This document shows, in pieces, positions 57,837 to 64,000 of a DNA stretch of 64,000 nucleotides. The position numbers were made by a program, and so were the translations under genes. Under the pieces are notes generated by a model, which saw only the letters and a program-made list of their open reading frames with translations, made no database searches and was not told where the DNA came from. The stretch's first letter is position 1, and each line of letters opens with the position of its first letter. This DNA is from Neoconidiobolus thromboides FSU 785 (Eukaryota; Fungi; Entomophthoromycota): the NCBI GenBank assembly GCA_025603075.1, contig MU626315.1, positions 1 through 64,000 of the forward strand, written 5' to 3'.

Positions 57837-60800
57837 ATGGAGCAGTTTGAACAAGCTATTCAAGCTTGGGTAAACCCAACCATCTCTGGGGATATCAAAC
57901 TTCAAGTAAATAGTTATTTTAAATTTAGAACTCAAAAAAACTAATTTTTTAAGGCAAAACAATACCTTGATGAAATTAAAACCTCCCCTCAAGGTTGGCA
58001 ACTTGGCTTAGAGCTTTTTCTAAGGCAACCAAAGAGGTAAGTAGCTAATTTTCAACATTTTAATTGGTTTTGTTTTAAATAATTTAGTTTCCCAGAAGCA
58101 CGACTATTTTCCTTGCAAATTCTAGATTACTCGTTTAATTATAGGTATAAAACAGTAAAATGAATTATTTATTTTTAATATTATTTTTAGATACAAAGAG
58201 TTATCCTTGGAACAAGCATTACTAATCAAAGATAATTTTTGGAAGTATATAACATCAACTTACTTAAATGAAAGTGAGGAGGAACCGATTTGTATGTTTA
58301 ACTATTGCTTATAAATAAAATACTTATTTTTTTTAAAAAGATATGAGAACAAAAATGGCTACAACCCTTTCTACCATCTTTCGCCGACTCTACTTACAAC
58401 ATTGGAGAAGCTTTTTTGATGAACTTATTAATGTATTAAGTCATGACTCGAGTACAAAAGCCACCGACTTTTTCTTGAGAGTTATTAAAGCTATTGATGA
58501 AGAAGTAGTTAATCCAACGGCCATCATTAACAAGGAAGAAATTGCTTTAAATACTGATCTGGTAAGGTTCACATATCTGTTTCTTAAAAAAAATAAGCCT
58601 TAAAAAAGAGTATAGAAAGATTATATGCGAGAAAGAGACATTACTAATTTAGTTGCAGTCTGGAATAAAATTATCGTTGGATATCAAAATAGTGAAGTTG
58701 AGTTTTCAGCCATGGCTCTAGAAATTATGGGAGCGTTCGTAGGTAAATTTAGCCTTTCTTTAACTTAAACATGCTTATTTTTATTTAGACTGGATTGATA
58801 TTGGTTTGGTTGTAACAGAACCTTTTATGAACTTACTTTATCAATTTATAAGATCCTCGAAGCAAACAATTAGTTCGCTTACTTTGAGAAATACAGCATG
58901 CGACTGCTTTAATTCAGTAAATTTATTTTTATCTACAAGATACTTTATTCATTTGTTTAGATCATTTCAAAAGGAATGAAGAGTAAAGAGAAATATCAAA
59001 TGCTTCAAATGTTTAATACCGTGGAGCTTATTTCGAACCTTCCATTAGATGATGCTGAATATGTTATTCATGTTGCTAGACTCACTAATAAGGTTGGACT
59101 GGAATATTTTATGATATGGAAAAATGTAATTAATATTTTATTCTACTTTATTCAACTCACTAAAATCACTTTTTGTAGTCTGAGCAAGATTCTGAGCTTC
59201 AAAGTAATATAAATATATCATACTCTTTGTTTCTGTACTAACATTTGTAGTAAATGCTTATAACCAACTATACCAATTGATGTCGTTAATTCTTAAGTTT
59301 ATGGGAAATGATGATAAAGAAATATCTATCACAGTATTTCCAATTGTGAATGAGATGATAAACTTAGTAAATTTAATCCTAGCTATATAAAATCCAATTA
59401 ACAAAATATAGTTAAAACAACAAACTTCGAAAATGAAACGCCCCCTTGATGAATCTCAAAACTCCCTTTTTTCTGAATTATTAAAGACCATTATCAGTAG
59501 ACTCAAATATCCCGAGGATTTTGAATGGGACGAAGAGGATGAAGAGGATGAGGAAGATAATTTCAGTACAATGAGAAAGGTAATTTATACTATTGTTATT
59601 GTTATCATTTATTAATTATTTTTTAAAATAGAGTTTAAACATCTTCTTTGATAACATGAGTTTTATAAATAAACCTTTGTTTGATGATTTAGTACATTCT
59701 GTTGTTACTTCTATTTTTGCAACCCAAAATTCAAACTTAGAATGGACAAAGATTGAGCTTGCCTTACGTATACTTTATCAATATGGCTCTACCAATAATA
59801 AATCACTTGTATTTTTAAATGATCCTAATAATTTAAATTCTCTTAACCACTTGGGTGATATGGTTTTTAAAATGGTTAAAAGCAGTAATTTAGTAATACT
59901 CTTTCATGAATTTATTAATCATTTTTAAGATGTTTTGAATTGTTCCCACCCTTCATTAGCTCCGATCTTTTATGAAAATTGTGTTCGCTATTATCAATTT
60001 TTTGAGTTACGCCCAGACCTTATCCCAGATGTTTTATCTTGCTTCTTAGACCAAAGAGGTATCTATCATGAATCCAAATTTGTTCGTTGTAGAGTATGGT
60101 ACTTATTCCTTCGCTTTGTTAAACTATTAAAGGAGCACACAGCTAAGTTTATTCAAGAAGTAGTTCCATCACTTGAAAAAGTACTAGTTATTACGGCAGA
60201 ACTTCCACCAAATTATAAACCAGATGTCCCATTAACATCTCAAGATATTTCTTCAACTACCTTTGATGCCCATCTTTACCTTTTTGAAGCTGTTACTACA
60301 CTTCTAAATTATGCTTCAACTATGCCAAATGATCAAAAAGTAGAAGCCTTAAAGGTATATTTATTATGTTTAGTTGCACAATAACTTATGATTTAGATGG
60401 TCCTCACTCCATTAATTTCCGGTATACAACAAGGGATCACCCAAGCGAAGGCTGGCCCAATCAACGACCCACTTGCTATCATCCAATTACACCATTTAAT
60501 TATGGCTGTTGGTAGTGTATCTAAAGGTATTTTAGCACTTACTTTTGTTATTCATTCTAATCAAATACAGGTCTTCCGGATGTCCCAAAAAAGGATCATA
60601 TAAATTTCCCATGGACTGACTTACTTGTACAATCTACACAAATCATTTTGACTTTACTAGAGCTTACCAATCAATATAAAGTCATTCGGGATGCTGTAAT
60701 ATTTTTATATTTCTGTTATTGTATCAACTGAATATTTTTTAGGCAAGATTTACTTTTTCACGACTCCTTACTGCAACTGGGGCACCAATCTTACCCCTTC

Positions 60801-61760
60801 TTATTGATCTCATACGTGGTTTTGTATTAGCTTGTGAGCCTTCAGAGATGCTTGATTTTTTCCAATTTATGACTTTGCCTCTCCATATGTTTGAGGTAAG
60901 CAATTGTTCTTAATTATTATGTTTATACTAATATTAATTTAGAGTCAAATATTCCCTTTTGTAAATGAAATTTTAGGTCCTTTGCTTAATAAAGCATTTA
61001 CCTTTTTAGATTATAATCCATCTGGAACAGATGATTACATGCTTATGTTGAATCTACGTAAAGCATATGTTTCTTTCTTGGCTTCCTTAATAAATGCCAA
61101 TTTAGATGGAGTCCTTTGCTCAGGAAGTAATAAGATTATTATTATTATATTTATAACCAACTTATAATGCTATAGTGAACCAAAATAATCTTCCAAATAT
61201 TTTAATGAGCTTGATCATGTTCTGTAAAGACAATAGTAACGCACAAGTACAAAAAATGTCATTCAACATTTTATCTAAAATGATAACTTCATGGCTTATC
61301 AATGATCCATTGCAAAATCCATATACACGAGATACAATCGCGCCACAATTCAAAGAAAATTTTGTTGAGTTTACATTTCAAAATATAGTTCCTACCTCAT
61401 TTGAAGTTCCATTATTAAAAAGCTTTGATCTCACCGATGGACAATTTGTTTTAGTAAGTTCACTAACAATAACATATAGTAATTATCTAATTCAACTTGT
61501 AGATCTTTGGAGAAATTACTGTAATCCATCAATTACTTTTGCGCGCCACCGGTACCCGATTTATCGACTACCTAACTAACCAATTTTTCCCCTCTATCAA
61601 CTGCCCAGTACAAATACAACAAGAGTATTTAACTGTTTTACAACAAGGAGATGCCAAAGCGTATCGTAAATATTTCCAAGTAATTTAATTTTAACTTTTA
61701 TCTATTAGAAACTAATATAAATCTTAGAACTTTGTTTCTCAAGCCAAATCTTGGAATTGA
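57837..61760 (+). CDS. LOS1: Exportin-T (Los1/Xpo-t), many short introns
   Basis: MEQFEQAIQAWVNP...YLDEIKTSPQGWQLGLELF, FFLRVIKAIDEEV, KDYMRE, VGAFVDWIDIGLVV, CFLDQRGIYH..VRCRVWYLFLRFVK, LYLFEA. Confidence 0.88.
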
Positions 61761-62791
61761 AGTTTGAAAAATTCTTAGACTTGATTTCATACTATCAAAT
61801 CACCTCAAATAGAAAAGTTGTAACCAAAGGTTGGAAATTAATAGTTAATGTTAGTATTAAATCTTTGGCTCATTCCTCTTTATATTTCTAAAATCAACTA
61901 ATAAATATTATTCGTTTAGTTTGAGTTTATGATTTTAATAAAATTTAGAATAACGTGATTTCAGATTTACTGCTTAATTAATTGTAATTTATAAAGAAGA
62001 GTTTTAGTTTTAACTATTAAGTAAAAACATTCAATATTATCTCAAGCTTTCAAGTAAAGTTTTTCAGCTTAAAACAAAAAATCTTAATATAGCTATTAAT
62101 ACAGTCAAAGATGGCTTTTTTATTTTTATTTTTACCTATAAATTAATGAGCTAGTTATATTAATATAAAAATATCTGAAAAGGTTTTTAGTTTCTTTTTT
62201 CTGTTTTAATTCATAAAAGTAAGAGTGCTTTAATTCTGAAAAAACCACACTTTATTTTGACATGCCTCATTTTACTTTGACCCTGTTAAAAGATGTATAG
62301 AGATGCTACAATACGAGCACGCCTCGTTTATTATTAATTTGATTAATGACTTTTTCAGCTTATGGCTTCAATAAGCGAAAACATCTTTTAAGTGTTTTTA
62401 TATATTGAAATAAAGTACAACAGTGGTCCCTTCCTTTATTTTGATTTTTTAGCTGCTTTCGATAAATTTTAAACTTTAATTTTCGTATTTACTTTATCCA
62501 AAGTTATACTGTAAAATGCTATATACTTCGTTTACTGATTATAGAAAGAGGCTAAATGCCACACTTCTTTAGCTATAGATCCTTTACTGCTTTTAGAGAT
62601 AGCTACTATGTTCAATTGTTAGAGCAAAAATATCAATTAAATACAAAAATTCCCAATAAAAGGTGATTCAAAATAGTAGCTTAACATTTCATTAATATTA
62701 TTGCGTTATTCAAAGCTTTATTATTAGTATTAATACAGTATCAGTGTAATGAAATTGAAATTAACTCAACTAATATTTATTAATAAAACAA

Positions 62792-64000
62792 TCATAACAT
62801 ATATCTAAAACCTTTAATTCCATCACCCAATGCACCTAAGTCCTGATCAGTTGATTCAGTAAGTATCAATTTATCATTTTCTTTTTTGAATCTATATTTA
62901 AGAATAAAAGCACAAATAATAGAAATCAACATGCAAGCAATATTGGCGCCATGAGAATAGTAAAAGTTAGGTGCTTCTTCTAATCTATAAAATTGTCCCG
63001 AAATTGCACCACCTACATTACCAAATGAAATGGTAAGAGCTGAAACGGTAGCTAACTTAGTAGCACCAATGGTATTGCTATTTGACCATGACATTGAAGT
63101 AGGTAAAGATGTATTGAGTCCAATCGAGGCAAATAACAAACCTACATACTTTACTACGCCTGAATTACCAAAGATTACTATAAACAGTCCAGCTATTGCA
63201 ACTACTGCCCCAGCTATCATATGTGTTCCTCTATCTCTTGTACGATCTGAATTCCACCCAACAGTTGGAGTGATAAATAATGCAATCCCATAAGCAGGTA
63301 CCGTTAATAAAATAGTGGTTAATGGAGAAAAACCAAATTTACTGATAATAGTTGGAGCTAATAGAGAGAGAGAATAGATGGGAGTATAAATACCAAAATA
63401 ACAAAGCATATACAAATAAGTATTAAAATCTTTTAAAGCATTTATAAGTTGTTGTTTATCTATTTTTGCAGTTTCAACTTCCGAATGTGATTCAAGTAAC
63501 CTTTGTTTTAATATCTCCTTTTCCCTCTGGGTTAAAAATTTGGCATCTTCGACTGTTGATGGCAAAAAGAAATAAACTAACACTCCAAGAAGTACAGTAG
63601 GTATTCCTTCAATTATAAATAACCATTGCCAAGCTTTTAAAGCACCAACATTATGAAGATAAGCCATACCATAAGCAATTAAGCCACCAAAAGCACCAGC
63701 CAATGAAGAGGCAGTAAAAAAAATTGAGATGCGTACCCCTTGCTCATCTCTTACATACCAATTATTTAAATAATAAACAATCCCAGGTAATAAGCCAGCT
63801 TCAAAAACACCTAAGAAGAATCTAGCTGCCATTAAGCCAGAATAATTTGTAACAGCCGAAAAGCACATAGTAATTACACCCCATGTAATCATAATCCTTG
63901 CTAACCAAGTGGCTGGTGATGTCTTTTTAAGCATCAAATTGGAGGGCAGTTCAAATAATATATAACCAAGGAAAAAGATGGATAAGGCAGAGGAGAATTG
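62792..64000 (-). CDS. MFS anion:cation symporter (Dal5/Tna1-like allantoate/nicotinate permease); 5' end lies beyond the window
   Basis: IFFLGYIIFELPSN, ARFFLGVFEAG, WY...EQGVRISIF, AWQWLFIIEG, SDRTRDRG. Confidence 0.92.
   Translation of the reverse strand, partial: QFSSALSIFFLGYILFELPSNLMLKKTSPATWLARIMITWGVITMCFSAVTNYSGLMAARFFLGVFEAGLLPGIVYYLNNWYVRDEQGVRISIFFTASSLAGAFGGLIAYGMAYLHNVGALKAWQWLFIIEGIPTVLLGVLVYFFLPSTVEDAKFLTQREKEILKQRLLESHSEVETAKIDKQQLINALKDFNTYLYMLCYFGIYTPIYSLSLLAPTIISKFGFSPLTTILLTVPAYGIALFITPTVGWNSDRTRDRGTHMIAGAVVAIAGLFIVIFGNSGVVKYVGLLFASIGLNTSLPTSMSWSNSNTIGATKLATVSALTISFGNVGGAISGQFYRLEEAPNFYYSHGANIACMLISIICAFILKYRFKKENDKLILTESTDQDLGALGDGIKGFRYML

Overview
AT-rich eukaryotic DNA with short (about 45-110 bp) GT-AG introns. 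Gene content (Zn2Cys6 factor, Yap- and Atf1-type bZIPs, Gtr1, Tof1/Timeless, Los1, NIPSNAP, DUF4419) points to a fungus, most plausibly an early-diverging, Conidiobolus-like lineage; this is inference, not a database match. About 30 protein-coding genes can be supported. Three short ones are absent from the ORF track (a spliced VAMP/SNC1, a spliced SERP1/RAMP4 and a 37-aa secreted His/Gly-rich micropeptide). The first 18 kb is unusually rich in small secreted proteins. The main finding is a head-to-head pair of Kex2-processed repeat precursors (15771-16514 minus, 16883-17617 plus) sharing a 368-bp bidirectional promoter. Their repeat units share a 21-residue hydrophobic pattern with three other small secreted genes nearby (2619, 10130, 10910), and the two precursors are charge-complementary at aligned positions. 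This suggests an undescribed family of processed amphipathic peptides (repellent/amyloid-like or candidalysin-like). The window also has 13 copies of a ~105-bp MITE-like element, a perfect 95-bp inverted repeat at the window start and two probable decayed Ty3/gypsy integrase relics. No tRNA, rRNA or CRISPR array could be supported. All family assignments are by eye from motifs; no searches were run.
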